Notes: generated by a model not told the origin, from the sequence alone. A DNA stretch of 28,076 bases from an uncultured archaeon (GCA_964645535.1 CAZYCQ010000045.1:1-28076), one strand, 5' to 3'; positions 16,287 through 25,687 are shown, numbered from the stretch's first letter. Numbers and translations are program-made.

Positions 16287-17816
16287 GTGTCTATTGCTGT
16301 TTTGAATTTCGGATCCCAATACACTCATCTTATTGTTCGACGCCTAAGGGAATTGGGCGTAAGAGCGGAAATTCTTCCACCAGCAGTCACACTTCATGAA
16401 ATCACTGATCGTGGATATGAAGCATTGATTCTTTCTGGTGGTCCTCAAGATGCTTACAAAGAAGATGCTTTACGTTTGGATCAATCATTGATTGATTCTG
16501 ACCTGCCCATTCTTGGCATCTGCTATGGTCACCAATTGTTGGCTATACAAAATGGTGGGAAAGTTAGGAGGAATGACGCAGGTGAATATGGCCTCAAGAA
16601 AGTTACCGTTCAAACCAATTCTCCATTGTTTCAGGGCTTACCTTCAACAATCAATGTGTGGATGTCCCATTCTGATACCGTCATTGAAATTCCAGAATGG
16701 GCAAGCCCAATTGCACATACTGATCAGGATCAATATACTGCGATCCAATATTCTAGTACTAGGTTTAGTGTTCAATTTCATCCTGAGGTCTATCATACTG
16801 AATTTGGTACGAAAATACTAGATAATTTTGTGAATGTTTCTATGATTGAACGGAATTGGGATTCCCAAGCCATTTACAACGAAGTTTTCGATAATATACC
16901 TGATGTTGACGGCAATATCCTTTTAGGTGTTTCCGGTGGTGTGGACAGTACTGTCGTTGCCCAAATTCTCCATCAAAAATTTCCCGATCAATTGCATTGT
17001 GTCTTTGTAGATACGGGACTTATGAGAGAAAAAGAACCAGAATATGTAGCAAACCTATTTCATTCGCTTGGTTTCAAACATTTCCATCATGTGGATGCAA
17101 AGGATTTATTTCTTAAAAGACTTGAAGGGGTTGTAGACCCTGAAGAAAAAAGGAAAATCATCGGAAAAACATTCATAGAAGTGTTCGAACAGAAAGCAAA
17201 AGAAATTCAAAACCAATTTGGCCCGTTTGAGTATTTGGGACAAGGAACAATCTATCCGGATCGTATCGAAAGCTCTGAACCCGGTGTTCACTCACATGTA
17301 ATAAAAAGCCACCATAATGTTGGTGGTTTACCTGAAAAAATGGAGCTCAAATTACTTGAACCTATTAAAGAACTCTATAAGGATGAAGTTCGCATCCTAG
17401 GAAAGAAATTAGGTGTCCCTGAAGAATTCCTGAAACGTCAACCTTTTCCAGGTCCCGGACTGGCCGTACGCATCATTGGGGATGTCACCAAGGAAAAATT
17501 GCGAATCGTACGGAAAGCAGACAGAATATTGCATGAAGTCTTGGAAGAAGCTGGGCTAACAAACCATATCTGGCAATTTTTTGCAGCTTACCTTCCCATT
17601 TCCTCTGTTGGTGTAATGGGGGATGCTAGAACATATGATGCCGCCATAGCTGTGAGAATGGTGGACAGTATTGATGGAATGACGGCAGATATCGTCAATA
17701 TCCCAAAGGAAGTGTTGGTGACGATCAGTTCCCGAATAGTTAACGAGGTGAATGGTGTAAACCGGGTCTTTTATGACATCACACAAAAACCGCCTGCAAC
17801 AATAGAGCTTGAATGA
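16287..17816 (+). CDS. guaA: GMP synthase (glutamine-hydrolysing), fused GATase+ATPPase
   Basis: FGSQY, GICYG, QFHPE, SGGVDS, KSHHNVGG, PFPGPGL, KPPATIE. Confidence 0.97.
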   Translation: MSIAVLNFGSQYTHLIVRRLRELGVRAEILPPAVTLHEITDRGYEALILSGGPQDAYKEDALRLDQSLIDSDLPILGICYGHQLLAIQNGGKVRRNDAGEYGLKKVTVQTNSPLFQGLPSTINVWMSHSDTVIEIPEWASPIAHTDQDQYTAIQYSSTRFSVQFHPEVYHTEFGTKILDNFVNVSMIERNWDSQAIYNEVFDNIPDVDGNILLGVSGGVDSTVVAQILHQKFPDQLHCVFVDTGLMREKEPEYVANLFHSLGFKHFHHVDAKDLFLKRLEGVVDPEEKRKIIGKTFIEVFEQKAKEIQNQFGPFEYLGQGTIYPDRIESSEPGVHSHVIKSHHNVGGLPEKMELKLLEPIKELYKDEVRILGKKLGVPEEFLKRQPFPGPGLAVRIIGDVTKEKLRIVRKADRILHEVLEEAGLTNHIWQFFAAYLPISSVGVMGDARTYDAAIAVRMVDSIDGMTADIVNIPKEVLVTISSRIVNEVNGVNRVFYDITQKPPATIELE

Positions 17817-17854
17817 ATGAAAATTCTGAAATGTTGGAGGCATTCTAAGCATTT

Positions 17855-18646
17855 GTGAAAGTCCTACTTGTCGGTCATGTATCTGTTGATGTATTTTCTG
17901 ATGAGCTAAGAATTGGTGGTCCTCCTACTTTTCAAGCACCCTTATTTCTCAATTGGGGTTATGAAGTCACAATACTGACCTCAGCTTCCAAAAATTTTCC
18001 CTTTCTTAGGCATCCCAAATTAAATATTTTCAATATCCCTTCAGAACAGACAACTACCTTTGAATTTGAGCTTAACGAGGATGGATCGAGAAAACTTACT
18101 TTGCTTCGGAGAGCTTCGGATTTGCCTCCAAAACTTCCATTTCAAGATCGATTTGACCTAGCTATTGTATCTCCTATCTGTGGTGAAGTCTCCATTGATC
18201 TTCTGGGTTCAATCCGTTCACAAGCAAAACTTGTAGCAGGTGATGTACAGGGTTTTATTCGGTCTGTTGATGCCAACGGCATTGTTTTCCATAAAACATC
18301 CATTGATTGGGGACTTTTTTCTCCATTTTTTGATATCCTCAAAGGATCTGATGAAGAAATGCTTGAACTTCCACCTCATCCCTCTTTTTACTATGTACAG
18401 ACAAGAGGTGCAAACCCTGTTATCATATGCAAATCTGATCAACTTCTTGAATTCAAGATCCAATCTGTCCCTCCCTCTGAAATTGTAGATTCAACCGGTT
18501 CTGGAGACATTTTTTTGGCAAGCTTCTCTCATGCCTTCATTCATTCCAATGATCTAAAAAAAGCAGTTGAATTTGGAAATAGAATCGCAATAAATAACCT
18601 GTTTAAAAAAGGAGCTCCACAACTACAATCTGGAAACGAAAGTTAG
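17855..18646 (+). CDS. PfkB/ribokinase-family carbohydrate kinase
   Basis: N-terminal VGHVSVD...IGG, and DSTGSGD anion-hole motif. Confidence 0.85.
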   Translation: MKVLLVGHVSVDVFSDELRIGGPPTFQAPLFLNWGYEVTILTSASKNFPFLRHPKLNIFNIPSEQTTTFEFELNEDGSRKLTLLRRASDLPPKLPFQDRFDLAIVSPICGEVSIDLLGSIRSQAKLVAGDVQGFIRSVDANGIVFHKTSIDWGLFSPFFDILKGSDEEMLELPPHPSFYYVQTRGANPVIICKSDQLLEFKIQSVPPSEIVDSTGSGDIFLASFSHAFIHSNDLKKAVEFGNRIAINNLFKKGAPQLQSGNES

Positions 18647-18901
18647 TTCTGCATCTTCCACACCATCAATTCCTCGAATGAATTCTTCCAATTTGTCTTG
18701 CATTCCGTCTTCCTCAGGGATGATGAATTGGACAGTTGCACCTTTGATTCCAAAATAAAGGGGCTTGATTTCGACGCCATCCTGCATCTTAATTCTTTTG
18801 TCCACCGTCGCCAATTTCTCCCTGACTTCCTTTGCGACAGCTTCCAAATCAACCTCTGGAGAGGATCCTTTAATCATATATTGAAGCAATACTTCACCCA
18901 T
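18623..18901 (-). CDS. ef1b: Archaeal translation elongation factor 1-beta
   Basis: MGEVLL...PEVDLE...PLYFGIK...EDAELTFVSRL. AGGTGA SD 5 nt before ATG 18901. Conserved adjacency to the Zn-ribbon gene. Confidence 0.9.
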   Translation of the reverse strand: MGEVLLQYMIKGSSPEVDLEAVAKEVREKLATVDKRIKMQDGVEIKPLYFGIKGATVQFIIPEEDGMQDKLEEFIRGIDGVEDAELTFVSRL

Positions 18902-18914
18902 TTTGTTCACCTAT

Positions 18915-19094
18915 TTATGGTCCTTCAAAGCCACAGCTGACACAGGCATATTTGTTTCCGACTCGTCTGCAAGAAGCACATCTAATGATGTTTGCTCCAC
19001 ATTCCGGACATTTGAACTTTGATGAACCTACGTCTGATGGCGCAAGTTCCCTGTTACAACTATAGCAATGATCTAGAGTAATGTTTGAACTCAT
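18915..19094 (-). CDS. Zn-ribbon protein (DUF1610/COG2888 type)
   Basis: CYSC, FKCPECG, RCASCR, YACVSCGFEGP; directly upstream of EF-1beta. Confidence 0.9.
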   Translation of the reverse strand: MSSNITLDHCYSCNRELAPSDVGSSKFKCPECGANIIRCASCRRVGNKYACVSCGFEGP

Positions 19095-19212
19095 CAAAGC
19101 AATCTCGATTCTGCTTTATAAAAAAAAATCGATAGATATTCCATGATAATCTTGACTCTTGTTGTCAGTTGTGGAAATAATAACATTAATAACTTCTAGT
19201 AAAGTAATCTGA

Positions 19213-19581
19213 TTGATGGTTGAACTAACCCTTTCATTTACAAATCCTGTGAAAAATGAATTATTCATCACTGAAAAGGCTGCGGAAAAAATAGAAAAAC
19301 TTCTTGAGCTTGAAAACAAAACAGACCACGCTCTTCGGATCAAGGTTATTCCTGGTGGATGTGCAGGCTTTTCCTATGATTTGGAATGGTTCCCCCTAAA
19401 GGATCTGAAAGACGAATTTGTCTTTGAGAAAGGGAAAGCGAAAGTTGTTGTTGGAATCTCTGATATGCGGCTCATTACAGGAAGTACTTTGGATTATGTC
19501 GAATCTTTGATGGCCAGCAAATTTGAACTCAAGAATCCTAATGCAACCAATACATGTGGTTGCGGAAAAAGTTTCTCATAA
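19213..19581 (+). CDS. A-type Fe-S carrier protein (HesB/IscA/ErpA family)
   Basis: ITEKAA, GGCAGFSY, NPNATNTCGCGKSF. The true start may lie a few codons downstream. Confidence 0.93.
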   Translation: MMVELTLSFTNPVKNELFITEKAAEKIEKLLELENKTDHALRIKVIPGGCAGFSYDLEWFPLKDLKDEFVFEKGKAKVVVGISDMRLITGSTLDYVESLMASKFELKNPNATNTCGCGKSFS

Positions 19582-19629
19582 ACAATTGCTCAATCTTTTT
19601 ATTTTCATAAGAAATTATGAAATCTGAAA

Positions 19630-20580
19630 GTGACAGAGGAAGATTTCCCCGGTATACCAACAGAACTTGCGGCTCAATTGAAGAAAATTGGTTATCCCTC
19701 ATTGAAATCTTTGGCCTTAGCAACTGAAGATGAACTTATTCATGACCTGAATATTTCCAGTGAAATGGCTGTAGATCTCATCAACAAAGGGCGATCCTTA
19801 ATTTCAGTGCCCCCTGTCACTGCTGATCAACTCCTTGAAGATGAATACAATCGAGGAAAATTGACTACTTCTTCCAATAACCTTGATTCTCTCTTGGAGG
19901 GCGGCGTATGGGAAAAAGAAATTACTGAAATAGCCGGGGGTTTCGCAACTGGAAAAAGTCAAATATGTTTCCAACTATCAGTAAATGCCCAACTTCCAAG
20001 AGATCGTGGTGGCTTGGAAGGAAAAGTTTTCTTCGTTGATACTGAGGGCACATTTTCTGCAAAACGTGTGGGCGAACTTGCAATTGCTCATGATCTAGAT
20101 CCCCGTGAAGTGCTTTCAAACATTTTCGTTGCCAGAGTCCTTGATTCAACTCAACAGTTCAAGATCATCAAAAAGGTCAGTGAAATGGCAGAAAAAGAGA
20201 ACATCAAGCTTGTTATTGTTGATTCTTTGGCAGCCCATTTTCGGGCAGACTATATTGGCAAAAACAAGCTTGTAGAAAGACAGCAAAAGATTATGCAACA
20301 AGCTACTCTTCTTTCTACGTTAGCTTTTACACAAGATCTTGCTGTAGTGGTGACCAATCAAGTCATTGCAAGAGTGGATGAGTTTGCCAGTTCGACAAGT
20401 GACCAACCTGCATTGGGACAGGCTTGGGCACATCGACCACAAACAAGGCTTCTTCTCAGGAAATCCCCTGGTTTGGCCAGAATTGCAAGGCTATTGGATA
20501 GTCCTAGAAGACCGGAAGGAGAAGAGATATTTTACATAACTCCTGTAGGTATTCGAGACAAACCTCATTCTGGTTTTTAG
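19630..20580 (+). CDS. RadA/Rad51-family recombinase paralog
   Basis: N-terminal HhH (FPGIP), Walker A GGFATGKSQ, VDTEGTF, Walker B VIVDS, VVVTNQV, RIARLLDSP. FxxA absent and L2 region atypical, so not called radA. Confidence 0.9.
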   Translation: MTEEDFPGIPTELAAQLKKIGYPSLKSLALATEDELIHDLNISSEMAVDLINKGRSLISVPPVTADQLLEDEYNRGKLTTSSNNLDSLLEGGVWEKEITEIAGGFATGKSQICFQLSVNAQLPRDRGGLEGKVFFVDTEGTFSAKRVGELAIAHDLDPREVLSNIFVARVLDSTQQFKIIKKVSEMAEKENIKLVIVDSLAAHFRADYIGKNKLVERQQKIMQQATLLSTLAFTQDLAVVVTNQVIARVDEFASSTSDQPALGQAWAHRPQTRLLLRKSPGLARIARLLDSPRRPEGEEIFYITPVGIRDKPHSGF

Positions 20581-21279
20581 GTGAACACACTGAACCCACA
20601 GCAAATCACGGGAATAATTCTGTCTGGTGGAGATTCAACTAGATTTGGATCTGACAAGGCTTTAGCTCCGTTTTTGGGGACTTCATTTCTTCTTCGTCAA
20701 CTGGGATTGCTTGAAAAGGTATGCTCCAAAGTTTTTCTTTCCGTAAAAAACGAGGAAAAGCTTACCGAATACCGTCGTCATATCATTGAAGGCTGGAAAT
20801 TGGAAAAACTTCCTGATTGGTTATCCTTTGTTGTTGATTCCCCTGATTTTTATTCAAGAGGGCCTGCGAAAGGAGTTTTTTCGTGTCTCAAAAAAGCAAC
20901 CTCTGAATACATCCTTGTAATCCCTGTAGATATGCCATTTATTGAAATTGCACATCTCTCATTTCTACAGAAACTTTTCAAGAAAAAGCAGATCAATAAA
21001 GAAATTGCATTGGTTGGCTGGAAGCAAAAAAATGGGAAAATTCCCTACCCTTTTTTTATGGGAAAGACAATTCCTATCCTTGAACTCCTGAAAAGGGTAA
21101 AAAAATCCTCCACAGTACCTCTAAGATGGATTTATCATCAAGTTCCCAACCAGATACTGATCGAACCAATCAATGACCAGTTTTTGACAAACATCAACTT
21201 TCCAGAGCTTTTGAACAAGCCAAAATCCCAAATCCCATTTCATGTGAAGTCATTGTTCATCAGGCATCATAATCCCTAA
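20581..21279 (+). CDS. mobA: MobA-like molybdenum cofactor guanylyltransferase
   Basis: ILSGGDSTRFGSDKA, GPxxG, PVDMPF, FLTNIN. Start is GTG 20581 or CTG 20590. Confidence 0.82.
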   Translation: MNTLNPQQITGIILSGGDSTRFGSDKALAPFLGTSFLLRQLGLLEKVCSKVFLSVKNEEKLTEYRRHIIEGWKLEKLPDWLSFVVDSPDFYSRGPAKGVFSCLKKATSEYILVIPVDMPFIEIAHLSFLQKLFKKKQINKEIALVGWKQKNGKIPYPFFMGKTIPILELLKRVKKSSTVPLRWIYHQVPNQILIEPINDQFLTNINFPELLNKPKSQIPFHVKSLFIRHHNP

Positions 21280-21720
21280 TTTTGCTATTTCGTCTGAATA
21301 ACGATAAAAAAATGCCTTTTCTTGCTTGGCATCCCTCAGCGAATCTGGATACATGACTGGAATTTCACGGTCAACAATAAAATATCGGACTTTCCCTTTA
21401 TGTTCAAAATAAAGAATTGCATCAACTATTTCCTCTTCAAAACATCTTAAACATTCTTCAAAACTCACCACTTGATTAATCTCTGATTTTGGTAAAGTCT
21501 TTTCTTCTGGTTCCAATGGGTCTTCCACTAAAAACTTCTTTTTCCTAGAACAATAAAATTTGCAGAGCAAACCAGTTTCAGAATGAGGGATTGGTTTCTT
21601 GGATCTTTCCCTTTTCTCCGATTTGAAAACTTCAATTTCCAATGGCCAATTTCTTGGGTTGTCTGGATCCGCAAGAATGTCCAATAACCTAAATTGCATC
21701 AAATCTTTTCTTTTTTCCAA
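21250..21720 (-). CDS. Trm112-family methyltransferase activator (long form)
   Basis: RLLDILAxP...PLEIEVF and EEIVDAIL...RYFIVDREIPVMYPDSLR, with a Cys-containing insert. Confidence 0.72.
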   Translation of the reverse strand: MEKRKDLMQFRLLDILADPDNPRNWPLEIEVFKSEKRERSKKPIPHSETGLLCKFYCSRKKKFLVEDPLEPEEKTLPKSEINQVVSFEECLRCFEEEIVDAILYFEHKGKVRYFIVDREIPVMYPDSLRDAKQEKAFFYRYSDEIAKLGIMMPDEQ

Positions 21721-21824
21721 TTACTAAAAACATACTATTATGACTATTGAAAGAAATTTCTTGGAAATTGTTTTGATGTGGTGTATATACACCTCAAAGA
21801 GTTAAATATGAGGTTAAGAAAAAT

Positions 21825-22955
21825 ATGTTCGAAGTGAATTCAACCGATAATCTTATCGAGCTAGTCTCAAAATTTGAAAAATCATTCAGGGAACTTGACT
21901 TCGAATTACATAGTATATTGACATATGATAGTGGCGGTGAATTTATCCTTCACGCTGGTTATGAAAGCAATCTGATTGATCCCAAAGTAATCGGAGGTCT
22001 TGTGGTAGCAATTAATGAATTTACTGGAAAACCAACAAAACGTACTATCAGAACCATTGCCATGAAGGAAATGACCCTGAAATTTTCAACTCAAGATGAT
22101 GTGCTCTTCGTTTTTGTCACCAAAAAGGCAGTCCCCTCGGAAGACAAATACAACACCTTTATTAACAGATTTCTTGATGCATTTCATGTATCCTTCAAAC
22201 AGGAACGTGACGAAGAAAGAGAAGAGAGAGATAAAATTGCCACAGCCCTTGTCAAAATCACCCTTTTGCTGTCGGAAGAGTTCCAACCATCCTTGAAATT
22301 AGGTGAAAATCAAACTCTGGATCTCGAATTGGTATTCTACGAAGCTGATAAACGTATCTCAAATCTTCTCAGCACATTCTATACTGAGGTTCCAAAAGCA
22401 GATGAAGAAGAAGAGGAAATAACTTCTGAAACACGAGTTCCTCAAGAAACTGATGCTTTATCCAACGATACTCCCCCTGTGTCTGATATCGAAGAAGAAA
22501 CTAGGAGACTTGAAGAATCGGCTGGCATCGAAGAAGAAACTCCTGTATCTTCAGATGCCGAAGCATTCCGAAGTATTGAAGTTGATCCATTCAAATCAAT
22601 AGAATTCATGGTTCAGAAGTTCAATCAATCCTTTCCAGATATCATGTTGACCACAGTTGTTGTTTCTTCTCCAAATGGTGCGTTTCAAACAATTTCCCAA
22701 GGGACTCTTCCTTCACACATCCTTGAAAAACTCAATTCTACCGTTTTCGAGCTGATGCCGGTAATCTATTCAATTTGGGATAAGTCTGTGGAAGACAGAA
22801 CTCTTGAGTTAGGTGAATATTGGGCTTTTTTCCAAAAAATCAATGATTCCTCCTTCATGTATGTGATTACAAAAACCCATGATTCCATTATATTGATCGA
22901 ACCCATTCTGGAAAGGTTGGCCTTTTCCATCAATTCAATTCTTCCATCACAATGA
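21825..22955 (+). CDS. Longin-like + acidic linker + roadblock/profilin-like two-domain protein
   Basis: N-domain ILTYDSGG...DPKVIGGLVVAINEF...IRTIAM; Glu-rich linker; C-domain FNQSFPDIMLTTVVV...WAFFQKINDSSFMYVIT. Confidence 0.55.
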   Translation: MFEVNSTDNLIELVSKFEKSFRELDFELHSILTYDSGGEFILHAGYESNLIDPKVIGGLVVAINEFTGKPTKRTIRTIAMKEMTLKFSTQDDVLFVFVTKKAVPSEDKYNTFINRFLDAFHVSFKQERDEEREERDKIATALVKITLLLSEEFQPSLKLGENQTLDLELVFYEADKRISNLLSTFYTEVPKADEEEEEITSETRVPQETDALSNDTPPVSDIEEETRRLEESAGIEEETPVSSDAEAFRSIEVDPFKSIEFMVQKFNQSFPDIMLTTVVVSSPNGAFQTISQGTLPSHILEKLNSTVFELMPVIYSIWDKSVEDRTLELGEYWAFFQKINDSSFMYVITKTHDSIILIEPILERLAFSINSILPSQ

Positions 22956-23708
22956 CGATTCGAATTTCCTCAACTGCCATTGTGCATGAGGGACTCCAAT
23001 GATGATGAAATAGTAAATATAGCCTATGAATATCTTCCCCAATGTTGGAAACCAATTTGAAGGGGAATATGTCAACAAAAGCATTAGCACAATGCCTAGA
23101 ATAAAGTGAAAAAGATCAAAATAATTGTCAATTTTTCTCATTCCTGTAAAGGGAAGGCTAGACATCATCAGTGTACTAATCAAAATTGCAGAAAATGCTA
23201 TAAATAGGGGATGAATATCTGGGACAACATAAAAAGAGGCAATGAAAATCGCTGCTGGAGGAGAAGGCATTCCAGCAAATACAAGGGATGTTTTGGCTAT
23301 CACAAACCTTGAAAGCCTGAAAGAAGCAGTCAGCACATATAAACTCCCACAAATCCAAGCGATTATTTGATTGTAATCATTGAGCATTTCCAAAATCATA
23401 AACGCAGGTGCCAATCCAAAAGTAACTAAATCTGCATATGTATCCAAATGCGATCCAATTTTGAATTGATAATTGGATCTCCTTGCCAGCTTTCCATCAA
23501 TCGCATCAAACGAAGCTCCAAGAACAATCAATCGAGTTGTCAAGATATGGTTCAATGGATTTCCGATTACGAAGAAAAACAAAACTATTGATCCACACAA
23601 AGCATTCGAAAAGGTAGAAAAATAAGCCATCAATGCATAAATATCCAATTCCATTCCAACCAACGAAATCTTCCTTTTTCCAACTTTATCTAATCCCATC
23701 ATTTTCAC
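22947..23708 (-). CDS. pssA: CDP-alcohol phosphatidyltransferase, PssA/archaetidylserine synthase type
   Basis: DAIDGKLARR...GSHLDTYADLVTFGLAP, RLSRF, FAGMPSP; overlaps psd by 4 nt. Confidence 0.9.
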   Translation of the reverse strand: MKMMGLDKVGKRKISLVGMELDIYALMAYFSTFSNALCGSIVLFFFVIGNPLNHILTTRLIVLGASFDAIDGKLARRSNYQFKIGSHLDTYADLVTFGLAPAFMILEMLNDYNQIIAWICGSLYVLTASFRLSRFVIAKTSLVFAGMPSPPAAIFIASFYVVPDIHPLFIAFSAILISTLMMSSLPFTGMRKIDNYFDLFHFILGIVLMLLLTYSPSNWFPTLGKIFIGYIYYFIIIGVPHAQWQLRKFESSL

Positions 23709-24334
23709 TCAATCCTTGCAATTGGAGTTAAACCTGCTCTTACCTTATCGCCTTTTGTGACCAACAATGTTAAACTCCTTTTGGTTTTCAATCGGAAATT
23801 TGTCTGACTCCCAAATCGAATGATTCCCATCTTTTTTCCTTGGTGGATATGATCTCCATAAGTTATCCACAGATCAATTCTTCGAGCGAATGCGCCTGTA
23901 ATGAGCAATAATTCTATTGCTTCTTTGGATGCTGAGCTTCCAGTGACTAACTTCCGTTCATTTTTTTGTTCTGCCCCTGAGAAATAAACCGACCTATGAG
24001 CCCCTCGCTTATGAAGAATTTCATTAACTTCAAACTCCATCGGAGCCCTGATTATGTGTACATCAAATGGTGACATCCTTACACTTATTCTCAATTCTGA
24101 ACCGTTTTCAGCTTCGATGATCTCACTATTAATAACACTCCCATCAGCAGGAGCATAGATTGTATTTGCATCCACCAAGATTTCTCGATTCGGATCTCTA
24201 AAAAACCATATCTGGAAAATTCCAAACCCTACTGAAGGTATCACCAATATCCAAAACCATTGGCTCAAGAACAACAATGGAATGGGAAGAAAAAAAGGCA
24301 CAATCCAAACCAATGAGCCTTGGGCTAGTTTCAT
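23705..24334 (-). CDS. psd: Phosphatidylserine/archaetidylserine decarboxylase proenzyme
   Basis: FFRDP, APADG, DVHIIRAP, NER, and the IRFGS autocleavage motif. Confidence 0.92.
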   Translation of the reverse strand: MKLAQGSLVWIVPFFLPIPLLFLSQWFWILVIPSVGFGIFQIWFFRDPNREILVDANTIYAPADGSVINSEIIEAENGSELRISVRMSPFDVHIIRAPMEFEVNEILHKRGAHRSVYFSGAEQKNERKLVTGSSASKEAIELLLITGAFARRIDLWITYGDHIHQGKKMGIIRFGSQTNFRLKTKRSLTLLVTKGDKVRAGLTPIARIE

Positions 24335-24445
24335 TAATCAAATTCAGAAATACTTTCAATTTAACTATTTAGGAATTTTCACTGAATCTGTTTTTTTTTC
24401 ACGACAATCGTTTGTCTTGTTTGTTCCAATTCTGCAAAAACGATG

Positions 24446-24464
24446 TTATTTCATCATGAAATAA
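24446..24464. promoter_or_regulatory. Perfect 9-1-9 inverted repeat, candidate operator
   Basis: TTATTTCAT-C-ATGAAATAA in the 301-bp divergent region between psd and HMG-CoA synthase. Confidence 0.45.
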
Positions 24465-24635
24465 TAAATCCTGTAGAATCAAGCTTTGTATCCATTAATT
24501 TTTGAACCTCAAATGCTAAATTTCATTTTGTTCCGTTGGATTTTCTGGCAATGCCATAAAGCAAGACTATTAATGAGGTCCTAAAAATTTGAACTGTCCA
24601 AAATCCTTTTTTGGAAACAGAAGTGAGTTGATAAG

Positions 24636-25679
24636 ATGAGCCTTGGAATTTTGGGTTATGGAGTTTATGTTCCCAGATATCGTGTGACCGTGAATGAAAT
24701 CGCTAGAGTCTGGCACGAAGATGGAGAATCGATAGCAAAAGGCATCAATGTTATCGAAAAGGCTGTACCAGACCTTGATGAAGATACCGCTACAATTTCC
24801 GTCACAGCAGTCCAAAACGCGCTGAGGCACAGTGGTATTTCTCCAGAACGAATTGGTGCAATATATGTCGGGAGTGAATCACACCCATATGCAGTTAAGC
24901 CAACTGCTGTTACAGTTGCTGAAGCAATTGGGGCAACACCAAATCTGACCGCTGCTGATCTTGAGTTCGCATGCAAGGCAGGAACAGCAGGAATGCAAAT
25001 GGTTTTCGGTTTGGTGGGTGCTGGGGAAATTGATGTGGGTATAGCCGTGGGAACTGACTGTGCCCAAGGTAGACCGGGAGATGCCCTCGAATATACTGCT
25101 GGTGCAGGAGGTGCCGCTTTTGTAATTGGGAAAGACAAACCATTGGCTGTCTTGGAAGGAATGTATTCTTATACCACAGATACGCCAGACTTTTGGAGAA
25201 GGGAGGGCGCTCGCTATCCATCCCATGCCGGTCGATTTACAGGCGCTCCTTCCTACTTTAGGCATACATTATCTGCAACAAAAGGTCTCCTTGACAAACT
25301 CAATTTGACCCTTGATGATTTTGATCGGGTCTCTTTCCATCAACCTAATGGTCGTTTTCCTTTGAATGCTGCAAAAACATTGGGTATTCCCAAAGAAAAA
25401 ATCATCGATTCACTCTGTGTCACAAGGATTGGAAATACATACAGTGCCTCTTCAATGATGGGCTTTGCCCGCCAATTGGATCTGGCAAAGCCAGGTGAAA
25501 GAATTTTATTGGTTAGCTATGGTTCTGGAGCGGGGAGTGACGCCTTCTCGTTTAAAGTAACCGATGAAATTTTGAACAAAAGAGAGAGATCCGTTCCCGT
25601 CGATTATTACATGGACAAAAGAGTCGAACTGGATTATGCCCTATATGCAAAACATAGAGGGAAAATAATAATGAAATAG
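24636..25679 (+). CDS. Hydroxymethylglutaryl-CoA synthase, archaeal type
   Basis: GSESHPYAVKP, EFACKAG (catalytic Cys), FHQPN, IGNTYS, SYGSGAGSD. Confidence 0.95.
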   Translation: MSLGILGYGVYVPRYRVTVNEIARVWHEDGESIAKGINVIEKAVPDLDEDTATISVTAVQNALRHSGISPERIGAIYVGSESHPYAVKPTAVTVAEAIGATPNLTAADLEFACKAGTAGMQMVFGLVGAGEIDVGIAVGTDCAQGRPGDALEYTAGAGGAAFVIGKDKPLAVLEGMYSYTTDTPDFWRREGARYPSHAGRFTGAPSYFRHTLSATKGLLDKLNLTLDDFDRVSFHQPNGRFPLNAAKTLGIPKEKIIDSLCVTRIGNTYSASSMMGFARQLDLAKPGERILLVSYGSGAGSDAFSFKVTDEILNKRERSVPVDYYMDKRVELDYALYAKHRGKIIMK

Positions 25680-25684
25680 GAGGT
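25678..25684 (+). promoter_or_regulatory. Shine-Dalgarno site of the thiolase gene
   Basis: AGGAGGT ends 6 nt before ATG 25691. Confidence 0.7.
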
Positions 25685-25687
25685 TTC

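Noticed and set aside
22488-22541. 15-bp direct repeat ATCGAAGAAGAAACT (22488 and 22527)
   Set aside because: Only two copies, encoding IEEET in a low-complexity linker; not CRISPR or a mobile-element end.
24282-24464. 60-aa plus-strand ORF in the psd-HMGCS gap, and similarly 19116-19343 on the minus strand
   Set aside because: Each overlaps the 5' end of a real gene on the opposite strand and has low-complexity composition.
24570-25308. Several overlapping alternative-frame and antisense ORFs inside HMGCS, like similar short ORFs throughout the window
   Set aside because: Shadow ORFs of well-supported genes, with no motifs or initiation signals.
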